Notes under the pieces: generated by a model | What the model was told of the DNA's origin: nothing | The model's database searches: none | Seen by the model: the letters and a program-made list of their open reading frames with translations, nothing else | Part shown: positions 21,730 through 31,323 of the stretch, one piece after another | How positions within the stretch are numbered: position 1 is the first letter of the stretch | Layout of the letters: each line of letters opens with the position of its first letter | Translations under genes and position numbers: made by a program | DNA from: Escherichia coli | Lineage (GTDB): Bacteria; Pseudomonadota; Gammaproteobacteria; Enterobacterales; Enterobacteriaceae | NCBI RefSeq assembly: GCF_029227855.1 | Contig: NZ_CP074356.1 | Length of the DNA: 64,000 nt | Reading direction: 5' to 3' (one strand)

Positions 21730-22226
21730 TTTACTGCCCGTCGTGTGGACATGTTGCTCACACCCGTCGCGCACATTTCATGGACGATGGCACCAAGATA
21801 ATGATTGCACAGTGCCGGAATATTTATTGCTCTGCGACATTTGAAGCGAGTGAAAGCTTTTTCTCTGACTGTAAAGATTCAGGAATGGAATACATTTCAG
21901 GCAAACAGAGATACCGCGATTCACTGACGTCGGCCTCCGGCAGTATGAAACGCCCGAAAAGAATGCTTGTTACCGGATATTGTTGTCGGAGATGTAAAGG
22001 CCTTGCACTGTCAAGAACATCGCGGCGTCTGTCTCAGGAAGTCACCGAGCGTTTTTATGTGTGCACGGATTCGGGCTGTGGTCTGGTGTTTAAAACGCTT
22101 CAGACCATCAACCGCTTCATTGTCCGCCCGGTCACACCGGACGAACTGGCAGAACGCCTGCATGAAAAACAGGAACTGCCGCCAGTACGGTTAAAAACAC
22201 AATCATATTCGCTGCGTCTGGAATGA
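21726..22226 (+). CDS. delta: P4 Delta-like late-gene activator (tandem Ogr-type zinc fingers)
   Basis: 166 aa; two Ogr-like Cys motifs (CPSCGH...CRNIYC and CCRRCKG...CTDSGC); start overlaps sid stop. Confidence 0.88.
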   Translation: MIYCPSCGHVAHTRRAHFMDDGTKIMIAQCRNIYCSATFEASESFFSDCKDSGMEYISGKQRYRDSLTSASGSMKRPKRMLVTGYCCRRCKGLALSRTSRRLSQEVTERFYVCTDSGCGLVFKTLQTINRFIVRPVTPDELAERLHEKQELPPVRLKTQSYSLRLE

Positions 22227-22299
22227 GGGCTGCCGGTTAACCCCGGCCGTCGCCGCACACCGTATTTTTATTCTTCAGCATGATGAGAAAGAGATAACG

Positions 22300-22872
22300 A
22301 TGGAAAGCACAGCCTTACAGCAGGCCTTTGACACCTGTCAGAATAACAAAGCAGCATGGCTGCAACGCAAAAATGAGCTGGCAGCGGCCGAACAGGAATA
22401 CCTGCGGCTTCTGTCAGGAGAAGGCAGAAACGTCAGTCGCCTGGACGAATTACGCAATATTATCGAAGTCAGAAAATGGCAGGTGAATCAGGCCGCCGGT
22501 CGTTATATTCGTTCGCATGAAGCCGTTCAGCACATCAGCATCCGCGACCGGCTGAATGATTTTATGCAGCAGCACGGCACAGTACTGGCGGCCGCACTGG
22601 CACCGGAGTTGATGGGCTACAGTGAACTGACGGACATTGCCCGAAACTGTGCCATACAGCGTGCCACAGATGCCCTGCGTGAAGCCCTTCTGTCCTGGCT
22701 TGCGAAGGGGGAAAAAATTAATTATTCCGCACAGGATAGCGACATTTTAACGACCATCGGATTCAGGCCTGACGCGGCTTCGGTGGATGACAGCCGTGAA
22801 AAATTCACCCCTGCGCAGAACATGATTTTTTCGCGTAAAAGTGCGCAACTGGCATCACATCAGTCTGTGTAA
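22300..22872 (+). CDS. psu: P4 Psu-like polarity suppression / capsid decoration protein
   Basis: 190-aa ORF following delta; same length and position as P4 Psu. Confidence 0.78.
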   Translation: MESTALQQAFDTCQNNKAAWLQRKNELAAAEQEYLRLLSGEGRNVSRLDELRNIIEVRKWQVNQAAGRYIRSHEAVQHISIRDRLNDFMQQHGTVLAAALAPELMGYSELTDIARNCAIQRATDALREALLSWLAKGEKINYSAQDSDILTTIGFRPDAASVDDSREKFTPAQNMIFSRKSAQLASHQSV

Positions 22873-23036
22873 AACTCCCCGAAAATCCGTCCGATTTTAC
22901 TGAAAAAAGCCATGCATCGATAAGGTGCATGGCTTTGCATGCGTTTCCCTGCCTCATTTTCTGCAAACCGCGCCATTCCCGGCGCGGTCTGAGCGTGTCT
23001 GTGCAACTGCATTAAAACCGCCCTGCAAAGCGGGCG

Positions 23037-23055
23037 GGCGAGGCGGGGAAAGCAC
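23037..23055 (+). other. P2/P4-type cos site
   Basis: Exact 19-mer GGCGAGGCGGGGAAAGCAC, the P2/P4 cohesive-end sequence as I recall it, between psu and the cargo operon. Confidence 0.78.
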
Positions 23056-23076
23056 TGCGCGCACGAGAGTAAAACA

Positions 23077-23739
23077 TTACTCAATTGAAAAATGTAACAT
23101 TCCTCTCTCTCTCGGTGTAATGGTGTTGGGATGAACTAACCGTTCCATTTCAAAACCAAAATCATGATAAGCAGTATTATAAAAAGAGCTTAAAATAAAT
23201 TTCACAAACGTTACCGGACATAATGGTGACGACAATGGTATCCGGCAATTTTTAAACTGACCTAGGGTTAGGTGTGCTGCTGGATGAATAACATCATTAG
23301 CGTCATCAGGGGCATAATCCACTCGTATCGGAACGGGTAAAATTGATTTTTGGACAATGTCAGCATAAAAGTTGCTTTCGTCTAAATATAACTCAGGGTC
23401 ATTCTGGAATGATTCGTAATTAGGCGCGGGGAAATAACATAGTCTTTCTTTTACAAGTTTCATTCGACGATCAAACTGAAATAAAAGATGGAGTAACCCA
23501 CCATCTAATAATTTGATATTATATTGCCTTTTTTCGTCCAAGAAGTTATAGATATCAACATACTCAATATTTCTTAATGCAATTGAAGTATCAGCGAATC
23601 CGCTATAGCTGACATAATAATATTCTTTATCCCGTGTTATTACAGGATAGTTTTGTGCGTCACTGATACCCACTGATATCAGATGAGATGTGATTTTTCT
23701 AATTGCTGCGCAAATGCTACTTGAGTTCATCTCATTCAC
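23077..23739 (-). CDS. Hypothetical protein, second gene of the satellite cargo operon (candidate defense partner/effector)
   Basis: 220-aa ORF; start overlaps or lies 1 nt after the stop of the upstream helicase-like gene; AT-rich; no recognisable catalytic motif or TM segment. Confidence 0.7.
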   Translation of the reverse strand: MNEMNSSSICAAIRKITSHLISVGISDAQNYPVITRDKEYYYVSYSGFADTSIALRNIEYVDIYNFLDEKRQYNIKLLDGGLLHLLFQFDRRMKLVKERLCYFPAPNYESFQNDPELYLDESNFYADIVQKSILPVPIRVDYAPDDANDVIHPAAHLTLGQFKNCRIPLSSPLCPVTFVKFILSSFYNTAYHDFGFEMERLVHPNTITPRERGMLHFSIE

Positions 23740-25828
23740 CCTTCAGTTGCTTAATTAAAGCAAGGCGTAATTCTTCTGGTATATCTTCAACTCTAACTTG
23801 TCCATCCAATAGAACCATGAGATTATGGGCGTTCAATTTAGCTTGGTGTACTCTTTTTCTCTCTTGAGAAGTCATATCCCTGTTCACCAGTCGCATTTTT
23901 TTACGCTCTGCTTCTGTTGGGTATGTAAATTCCAGTTTAAATCCTCTTTGTTTCACCTCATTGTATTCGTTAATCAGGCCATCAAAGGAAGAACCCACAC
24001 CACATACACGAAGCCATGCTTTAGTTCTTGTCATTGCAGTAAAAAGGATATTTCTACGCTTTGCCAGTTCATAATCCACGTTGCAATAATGAGCATCCAT
24101 GATGTATACCATAGCTGCTTCGTTTCCCTTTGCTCTGAATATGGATGTAAATGTTACACTATTGTCTGAGAAAAACTCATCAGGAGAGCTTGTAATTCCA
24201 GCTATAGATGTATTAATTCCGTTTTGGAATAAAAGGTCACGCAGATAACCTACTTCATTTCTCATACGTATTGTATCTGGGTGAATTACAACAATGTCGC
24301 TAGGTAATATCTCTTCCTCATGAATATTTTTAAATATTTCCTGCGCAATCCAATTAGATTGAGAATGCTTGTCTTCAAATTTAACAAACTGGATCATCTC
24401 ATCAATTGAGTTATGTGCACTCAATAGGGATGGGCTAGATTTCGTTGTCCTTGATAATATAACCTCCTTTCCCTCAACTAATTCACCATCTATTTTTTCA
24501 TAACCAATCTCTGTCCATAATCCTTCAAAATCAAACATCTGAATTATTGGTTTATGATAAATACCAAACCCTAAAGCATGAGCCGTGGTTAAGATTGGGC
24601 CTGGATTTCGATAACAAATGTCTAAAGTTATATCTTGTTCTTCACTGGTGAAACTAACAATTGGTTTTCCATGCTCGTCTACTCCCCAAATTTGTTCAGG
24701 AGAAGGCATGGATGAATCCCCAAGATTTTGTAATTCATCATAAGCGTAAACTAATCGTTTCTTTTCCCCTAGCAAAGAATAACATATGCGGAGAAACTCA
24801 ATTGAAAAATCTTGAGCCTCATCAATAAGGATGAAATCATATAATTTCTTATCTTCTTTTTTATTATCGAGGAAGTTCTTACAGGCAGCCTGAAAAGGTG
24901 TTTCATTAAATTCTGCAAGACGACGTGCGCCGTTATAATCGTAATAAGGTATATTATGTGCCACACATGCGTTGTAATATAAACCTTCTGTTTTAGAGCC
25001 GCCCCAGGCATGAATAATGTCTACGTTATCCCAATCAATTCCATTATCATCTGCGAATGCTGAGACTAAATGTTTTAGTTGCTCTTTGAGAGAGCGACTA
25101 TTGAAAGTAACTGCTATTTTCCAGTGAGGATTTTGTGAGTGTATATGTGCAATTTTTCGAGCGAGAACAATAGTCTTACCTGAGCCAGCAAGCCCACGAA
25201 TCCTTTGGACATTATCAATATTGACCAAGACGGCAGTCGTTTGACTAGAATCAAGAGTGGCAAGTGAATTCTCCAATTTTTTTAGTACGCTACCCTTTGA
25301 GTCAATCTGTCTGACATAGCTTCTTTTTCTCTTGGGCTTCAATTTTGAAAGTGATTGAACATGGGATAGTAAAGTTTCAAGAAGGGAACCATCATCCCAG
25401 GTAATGTCATTGAGAATAGATAATATTTCATCAACATTGGAACTAATGCTTAAACCACTGTCACAATCAAAATCATCAATATTTATACAGTTTGGTGCGA
25501 AAACAATACTGTTCACAGGTACGTTTAATATTCTGTTTTTAGTCAGTGCTTTTACTTCAGAAAGTTTTGCGACGAATTTCATGTGCATTTCGTCAATGAT
25601 ATCAATATCATCTTGGGTTAACTCTCTTTCCTCATTGAAATGGAAAATGACAACACCATGCTTTGATGAGCAAATTAGACCATCAAGAGTAACATTGTTT
25701 TCGCTTAGAAAAATAACAGGAAAACCGCGATAATAATATCCAGTTATATCATTTATCTTTCTTATTGAATTTTCTAGAATATCAGAAACAGTATGATTCT
25801 GAGGTTTCATTCCCAATATTTCAATCAT
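23732..25828 (-). CDS. SF1 (UvrD-like) helicase-family ATPase with ~200-aa N-terminal domain of unknown function; candidate defense protein
   Basis: 698 aa; Walker A GLAGSGKT (res ~212-219), motif II LIDEAQDF (res ~334-341), C-terminal FRAKGNEAAMVYI and FTAMTRTKAWL resembling UvrD-like helicase C-terminal motifs; GGAG Shine-Dalgarno 8 nt before the ATG; start overlaps the int stop. Confidence 0.85.
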   Translation of the reverse strand: MIEILGMKPQNHTVSDILENSIRKINDITGYYYRGFPVIFLSENNVTLDGLICSSKHGVVIFHFNEERELTQDDIDIIDEMHMKFVAKLSEVKALTKNRILNVPVNSIVFAPNCINIDDFDCDSGLSISSNVDEILSILNDITWDDGSLLETLLSHVQSLSKLKPKRKRSYVRQIDSKGSVLKKLENSLATLDSSQTTAVLVNIDNVQRIRGLAGSGKTIVLARKIAHIHSQNPHWKIAVTFNSRSLKEQLKHLVSAFADDNGIDWDNVDIIHAWGGSKTEGLYYNACVAHNIPYYDYNGARRLAEFNETPFQAACKNFLDNKKEDKKLYDFILIDEAQDFSIEFLRICYSLLGEKKRLVYAYDELQNLGDSSMPSPEQIWGVDEHGKPIVSFTSEEQDITLDICYRNPGPILTTAHALGFGIYHKPIIQMFDFEGLWTEIGYEKIDGELVEGKEVILSRTTKSSPSLLSAHNSIDEMIQFVKFEDKHSQSNWIAQEIFKNIHEEEILPSDIVVIHPDTIRMRNEVGYLRDLLFQNGINTSIAGITSSPDEFFSDNSVTFTSIFRAKGNEAAMVYIMDAHYCNVDYELAKRRNILFTAMTRTKAWLRVCGVGSSFDGLINEYNEVKQRGFKLEFTYPTEAERKKMRLVNRDMTSQERKRVHQAKLNAHNLMVLLDGQVRVEDIPEELRLALIKQLKGE

Positions 25829-27011
25829 TTTGAACTCCGGTAGATAAATTCATCAAAAAATCCGAGTATTTTTGCATCATATATTTTCTTTTATCAAGAT
25901 ACAAAGCATGATTATATGTGCCTCGGATAGTATTCTTATCAACATGTGCGAGCTGAATCTCAATCCATGCGCTCTCAAATCCCATTTCATGAAGAATTGT
26001 CGATAGTGTATGCCTAAAACCATGACCAGTAGTTCTTCCCTTATAACCTAATGATTCAATAACTTGGTTTACACTTTCTTTGCTTATCGGTTTTCTACGA
26101 TCATTTCTGCCAATAAAAACATAGGGATAGTCCGATGTTATCGGTTGTAGTTGTTTAAACAGTTCAATTACCTGAGATGATAAAGGTACTATATGTGGCC
26201 GACGCATTTTCATCCGTTCAGCAGGTATTTCCCAGATACCTTTTATCAAATCAATTTCACTCCAAGTTGCAAAACGCATTTCCTGCGTCCTGACTCCTGT
26301 CATCATTAGGATCTTGGTTGCGTTTTTGGTAATAATACTTCCAGTATATGACTCTAGATCTCTAACAAAATGAGGTAGCTCTTCCGCGGATAAAAACGGA
26401 TGATGCCTTTGCTTGGGAATAGCCAAAGCGATTGCTAAATCAGGCGCCGGATTGTATTCAGCACGGCCAGTGATGATCGCGTAGCGAAACACTTCTCCAC
26501 ATCGTTGGCGAACTTTTCTGGTTTTCTCCAACGCTCCACGTTTTTCGATGCGCTTAAGTACTTCAAGCAGTTCTAATGGCTTAATTTCAGATATTGGGCG
26601 TTTACCAATGAAAGGAAAAACGTCCTGTTCGAATGTTTTAATAATTTCCTCCCGATAAGCGATAGTCCAGCGATCTGCTTTTGCTGCATGCCATTCTCTG
26701 CTAACTGACTCAAAAGAATTTTCAGTTGATAATTTTTGAGCAAGTTTCTGAGCCTTCCGTTCTTCTACTGGGTCTATGCCGTTTGCTACCTGCTTACGTG
26801 CAGTATCACGTTTCTCTCGTGCTTCTGCGAGGCTAACAAGTTCGTAACTACCAAATGACATTAGCCGTGCTTTACCGGCGAAACGAAAGCGGAAGCGCCA
26901 GCCCTTTGAACCGTCTGGCTTGATGAGTAGTGACAAACCGTGCCCATCATTCATTGTATATGGTTTGTCTTGTGGTTTTGCGCGTTTGATTTGTATATCG
27001 GTTAGAGCCAT
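25821..27011 (-). CDS. int: P4-type tyrosine integrase
   Basis: 396 aa; catalytic HGFRHT...(R)...Y motifs in the C-terminus; N-terminal P4-integrase-like region; lies next to selC. Confidence 0.93.
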   Translation of the reverse strand: MALTDIQIKRAKPQDKPYTMNDGHGLSLLIKPDGSKGWRFRFRFAGKARLMSFGSYELVSLAEAREKRDTARKQVANGIDPVEERKAQKLAQKLSTENSFESVSREWHAAKADRWTIAYREEIIKTFEQDVFPFIGKRPISEIKPLELLEVLKRIEKRGALEKTRKVRQRCGEVFRYAIITGRAEYNPAPDLAIALAIPKQRHHPFLSAEELPHFVRDLESYTGSIITKNATKILMMTGVRTQEMRFATWSEIDLIKGIWEIPAERMKMRRPHIVPLSSQVIELFKQLQPITSDYPYVFIGRNDRRKPISKESVNQVIESLGYKGRTTGHGFRHTLSTILHEMGFESAWIEIQLAHVDKNTIRGTYNHALYLDKRKYMMQKYSDFLMNLSTGVQND

Positions 27012-27173
27012 GTGTATAACTGAAAACTGCGTATGAAGATTCTATACACATTACTATACATATTTTTCGCGGATTCAGGGAGATGATCTCGGACTATTAC
27101 GGACAAGATGATTATTTATGATATTGAATATAAAGGATTTTATGGAGTATCTCGGAACTGGCTGGATGAAGTT

Positions 27174-27268
27174 TGGCGGAAGATCACAGGAGTCGAACCT
27201 GCCCGGGACCGCTGGCGGCCCCAACTGGATTTGAAGTCCAGCCGCCTCACCGGAGACGACGATCTTCC
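27174..27268 (-). tRNA. selC: tRNA-Sec (selenocysteine tRNA, UCA anticodon)
   Basis: 95-nt match to the selC sequence as I recall it, on the minus strand, including long variable arm and CCA end. Confidence 0.93.
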
Positions 27269-27560
27269 GCGCCTCGATTGCTACATGGAGGCGGGGCGCA
27301 TTATAGCTACTTCCTTGAGTTTCTACATCCCCCAGATCAGTTTTTTCCGCCTAATACACGCAGCGTATTATCACGAAAGCATTATAGTTCATATAAAACC
27401 CATATTTTACAATGATATATGAGCGGAATTAACGCTACCACGATCACATAAAACAAGAATCATAAATTAATAACCAGATATCGGAATATTCGCTCTCACA
27501 GGGATGGTTTACAAAATGCGTTATCGGTCTCAGCACCCCTATAGCATCAAGGAAAAGCAG

Positions 27561-28943
27561 ATGAAGAGTGAAGTGTTGTCCGTTAAAGAGAAAATTGGTT
27601 ATGGCATGGGAGACGCCGCCAGCCACATTATTTTCGATAACGTAATGTTATATATGATGTTCTTTTATACCGATATTTTTGGCATTCCTGCCGGATTTGT
27701 CGGAACCATGTTTTTGGTCGCTCGTGCACTGGATGCGATTTCCGATCCTTGCATGGGGTTGTTGGCCGATCGAACGCGCTCTCGCTGGGGTAAATTTCGT
27801 CCGTGGGTACTGTTTGGCGCACTGCCATTCGGGATCGTCTGTGTACTGGCCTATAGCACGCCAGATCTCAGTATGAACGGCAAAATGATCTATGCAGCAA
27901 TTACTTACACCCTACTTACCTTACTTTATACCGTCGTCAATATCCCTTACTGCGCATTGGGTGGTGTAATCACCAATGACCCGACTCAGCGTATCTCGCT
28001 GCAATCCTGGCGTTTTGTGCTGGCGACCGCGGGAGGCATGCTTTCTACTGTTCTGATGATGCCACTGGTTAATTTAATTGGCGGTGATAATAAACCACTC
28101 GGTTTCCAGGGCGGTATCGCGGTCCTTTCCGTGGTGGCATTCATGATGCTGGCATTTTGTTTCTTCACCACTAAAGAACGCGTTGAAGCACCACCTACAA
28201 CAACGTCTATGCGGGAAGATTTACGTGATATCTGGCAAAACGACCAGTGGCGGATTGTCGGTTTACTAACCATTTTCAATATCCTGGCGGTGTGCGTACG
28301 CGGTGGGGCGATGATGTATTACGTCACATGGATTTTGGGCACGCCGGAAGTGTTTGTCGCTTTTCTCACCACTTATTGCGTGGGTAACCTGATTGGTTCC
28401 GCACTGGCAAAACCTCTGACCGACTGGAAATGTAAAGTCACTATCTTCTGGTGGACGAACGCCCTGCTGGCAGTGATTAGCCTCGCGATGTTCTTTGTTC
28501 CCATGCAGGCCAGCATCACTATGTTTGTCTTCATCTTCGTGATTGGTGTGTTGCATCAACTGGTGACACCTATCCAGTGGGTAATGATGTCCGATACCGT
28601 CGACTACGGCGAGTGGTGCAATGGTAAACGCCTGACCGGGATCAGTTTTGCTGGCACGCTGTTTGTGCTCAAACTGGGGTTGGCCTTCGGCGGCGCTCTT
28701 ATCGGCTGGATGCTGGCTTATGGCGGATATGATGCGGCAGAAAAAGCGCAGAACAGCGCCACGATTAGCATCATTATTGCGCTATTCACGATTGTTCCGG
28801 CGATCTGTTATTTGCTGAGCGCGATTATCGCTAAACGCTACTACTCACTCACGACGCACAATCTGAAAACCGTTATGGAACAGCTGGCTCAGGGTAAACG
28901 CCGTTGCCAGCAACAATTCACCTCTCAAGAAGTGCAGAACTAA
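27561..28943 (+). CDS. yicJ: GPH-family glycoside:cation symporter YicJ
   Basis: 460 aa from MKSEVL; MelB-like transporter; ORF track start 27504 is over-extended. Confidence 0.87.
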   Translation: MKSEVLSVKEKIGYGMGDAASHIIFDNVMLYMMFFYTDIFGIPAGFVGTMFLVARALDAISDPCMGLLADRTRSRWGKFRPWVLFGALPFGIVCVLAYSTPDLSMNGKMIYAAITYTLLTLLYTVVNIPYCALGGVITNDPTQRISLQSWRFVLATAGGMLSTVLMMPLVNLIGGDNKPLGFQGGIAVLSVVAFMMLAFCFFTTKERVEAPPTTTSMREDLRDIWQNDQWRIVGLLTIFNILAVCVRGGAMMYYVTWILGTPEVFVAFLTTYCVGNLIGSALAKPLTDWKCKVTIFWWTNALLAVISLAMFFVPMQASITMFVFIFVIGVLHQLVTPIQWVMMSDTVDYGEWCNGKRLTGISFAGTLFVLKLGLAFGGALIGWMLAYGGYDAAEKAQNSATISIIIALFTIVPAICYLLSAIIAKRYYSLTTHNLKTVMEQLAQGKRRCQQQFTSQEVQN

Positions 28944-28952
28944 GGAACGGCA

Positions 28953-31271
28953 ATGAAAATTAGCGATGGAAACTGGTTGATTCAACCTGGCCTCAATTTG
29001 ATTCACCCGCTTCAGGTGTTCGAGGTTGAACAGCAGGATAATGAAATGGTGGTCTATGCTGCCCCCCGTGATGTGCGTGAACGTACCTGGCAGCTTGATA
29101 CTCCTTTATTTACGTTGCGCTTTTTCTCCCCACAGGAAGGTATTGTCGGTGTGCGGATTGAGCATTTTCAGGGGGCGCTGAATAACGGTCCTCATTATCC
29201 GCTCAATATTTTGCAGGACGTGAAGGTCACAATCGAAAACACAGAACGTTATGCTGAGTTTAAAAGTGGCAACTTAAGCGCGCGTGTCAGCAAAGGTGAG
29301 TTCTGGTCACTGGATTTTCTGCGCAACGGCGAACGTATTACCGGTAGTCAGGTGAAAAATAATGGCTACGTGCAGGACACGAATAATCAACGCAATTATA
29401 TGTTTGAGCGGCTTGATCTTGGCGTTGGCGAAACAGTTTACGGTCTGGGAGAGCGCTTTACTGCCCTGGTGCGCAATGGCCAGACGGTAGAGACCTGGAA
29501 CCGGGACGGCGGCACAAGTACTGAACAGGCGTATAAAAATATCCCGTTCTACATGACTAACCGTGGTTATGGGGTACTGGTCAATCATCCCCAGTGTGTC
29601 TCTTTTGAAGTGGGATCGGAGAAAGTCTCCAAAGTGCAGTTCAGCGTTGAGAGTGAATATCTCGAATACTTTGTTATCGACGGCCCGACGCCGAAAGCGG
29701 TACTTGATCGTTATACCCGCTTTACTGGTCGTCCGGCGCTGCCGCCCGCGTGGTCCTTCGGCCTGTGGCTAACCACTTCATTTACCACCAACTACGACGA
29801 AGCGACGGTAAACAGCTTTATCGATGGTATGGCGGAACGCAATCTGCCGCTGCATGTTTTCCACTTTGACTGTTTCTGGATGAAAGCCTTCCAGTGGTGC
29901 GATTTTGAGTGGGACCCGCTGACTTTCCCTGACCCGGAAGGGATGATCCGCCGCCTGAAAGCGAAAGGACTGAAAATCTGCGTCTGGATTAACCCCTATA
30001 TCGGTCAAAAATCCCCCGTCTTTAAAGAGTTACAAGAGAAAGGCTATTTACTCAAACGCCCGGACGGTTCGCTATGGCAGTGGGATAAATGGCAGCCAGG
30101 TCTGGCGATTTATGACTTTACCAATCCGGATGCCTGCAAATGGTACGCCGACAAACTGAAAGGTCTGGTCGCGATGGGCGTTGATTGCTTTAAGACCGAC
30201 TTTGGCGAACGTATCCCAACTGATGTTCAGTGGTTTGACGGTTCCGATCCGCAGAAAATGCATAACCATTATGCGTACATCTACAACGAACTGGTGTGGA
30301 ACGTGCTCAAGGACACCGTTGGTGAGGAAGAAGCTGTCTTGTTTGCCCGCTCGGCCTCCGTCGGTGCGCAGAAATTCCCGGTACACTGGGGTGGCGATTG
30401 TTACGCTAACTACGAATCAATGGCGGAAAGCCTGCGCGGTGGTTTGTCTATTGGCCTTTCAGGTTTTGGCTTCTGGAGCCACGATATCGGCGGCTTTGAA
30501 AATACCGCTCCGGCGCACGTTTACAAACGCTGGTGCGCGTTTGGTTTGCTCTCCAGCCATAGCCGTTTACACGGTAGCAAATCTTATCGTGTGCCGTGGG
30601 CCTACGATGATGAGTCCTGTGATGTGGTGCGCTTCTTCACGCAACTGAAATGCCGCATGATGCCGTATCTGTATCGTGAAGCTGCGCGTGCGAACGCGCG
30701 GGGTACGCCGATGATGCGGGCCATGATGATGGAGTTCCCGGACGATCCGGCTTGTGATTACCTTGACCGTCAATACATGTTAGGCGACAACGTGATGGTT
30801 GCGCCGGTGTTCACTGAAGCGGGCGATGTGCAGTTCTACCTGCCGGAAGGTCGCTGGACACACCTGTGGCACAACGATGAGCTCGACGGTAGTCGCTGGC
30901 ATAAACAGCAGCACAGCTTCCTGAGTCTGCCCATTTATGTGCGTGATAACACCCTACTGGCGCTGGGCAACAACGATCAACGTCCCGATTACGTGTGGCA
31001 CGAAGGCACGGCATTCCACCTCTTTAATCTGCAAGACGGGCATGAAGCCGTCTGTGAAGTGCCCGCTACTGACGGATCGGTGATCTTTACTTTAAAAGCA
31101 GCACGTACTGGCAACACGATTACTGTGACTGGTGCGGGCGAGGCGAAGAACTGGACGCTGTGCCTGCGCAATGTTGTGAAAGTAAATGGTCTGCAAGACG
31201 GTTCGCAGGCTGAAAGTGAGCAGGGGCTGGTGGTGAAGCCTCAAGGGAATGCGCTGACAATTACGTTGTAA
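28953..31271 (+). CDS. yicI: Alpha-xylosidase (GH31)
   Basis: 772 aa; GH31 catalytic region (WINPYI...KTDFGE). Confidence 0.92.
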
Positions 31272-31323
31272 TCTATTGATGGAATGCCGGGTACGTCTGA
31301 GTCGTACCCGGCGAGATTGATGT

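Larger units (their letters stand above)
15551..27194. mobile_element. P4-like satellite prophage integrated at the 3' end of selC
   Basis: 21-bp direct repeat tggcggaagatcacaggagtc at 15551..15571 and 27174..27194 (the latter is the selC 3' end); tyrosine integrase next to the tRNA; alpha primase, sid, delta, psu, cos and TGTTCACC iterons in P4 order. Confidence 0.85.

Noticed and set aside
23825-24169. 114-aa plus-strand ORF (and 24769..25011, 25404..25733) within the helicase-like gene
   Set aside because: Antisense ORFs inside the 698-aa gene; the AT-rich sequence yields low-complexity translations.
23077-25828. Cargo operon as a known Gabija, Hachiman or P4 gop-beta-cII system
   Set aside because: Gene sizes and motifs do not fit as I recall those systems (no N-terminal ABC-ATPase/TOPRIM protein as in GajA; the ATPase uses DEAQD rather than a DExH-type motif II as in HamB; three-gene gop-beta-cII layout absent). 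Identity remains open pending HMM searches.
15551-27194. Large selC pathogenicity island (LEE or PAI type)
   Set aside because: The insertion is only ~11.6 kb and encodes P4 satellite functions; no type III secretion, adhesin or toxin genes are present.
29307-29588. Small ORFs inside yicI (29307..29588, 29563..29772, 30072..30386 and others)
   Set aside because: Overlap the 772-aa alpha-xylosidase gene in other frames or strands.
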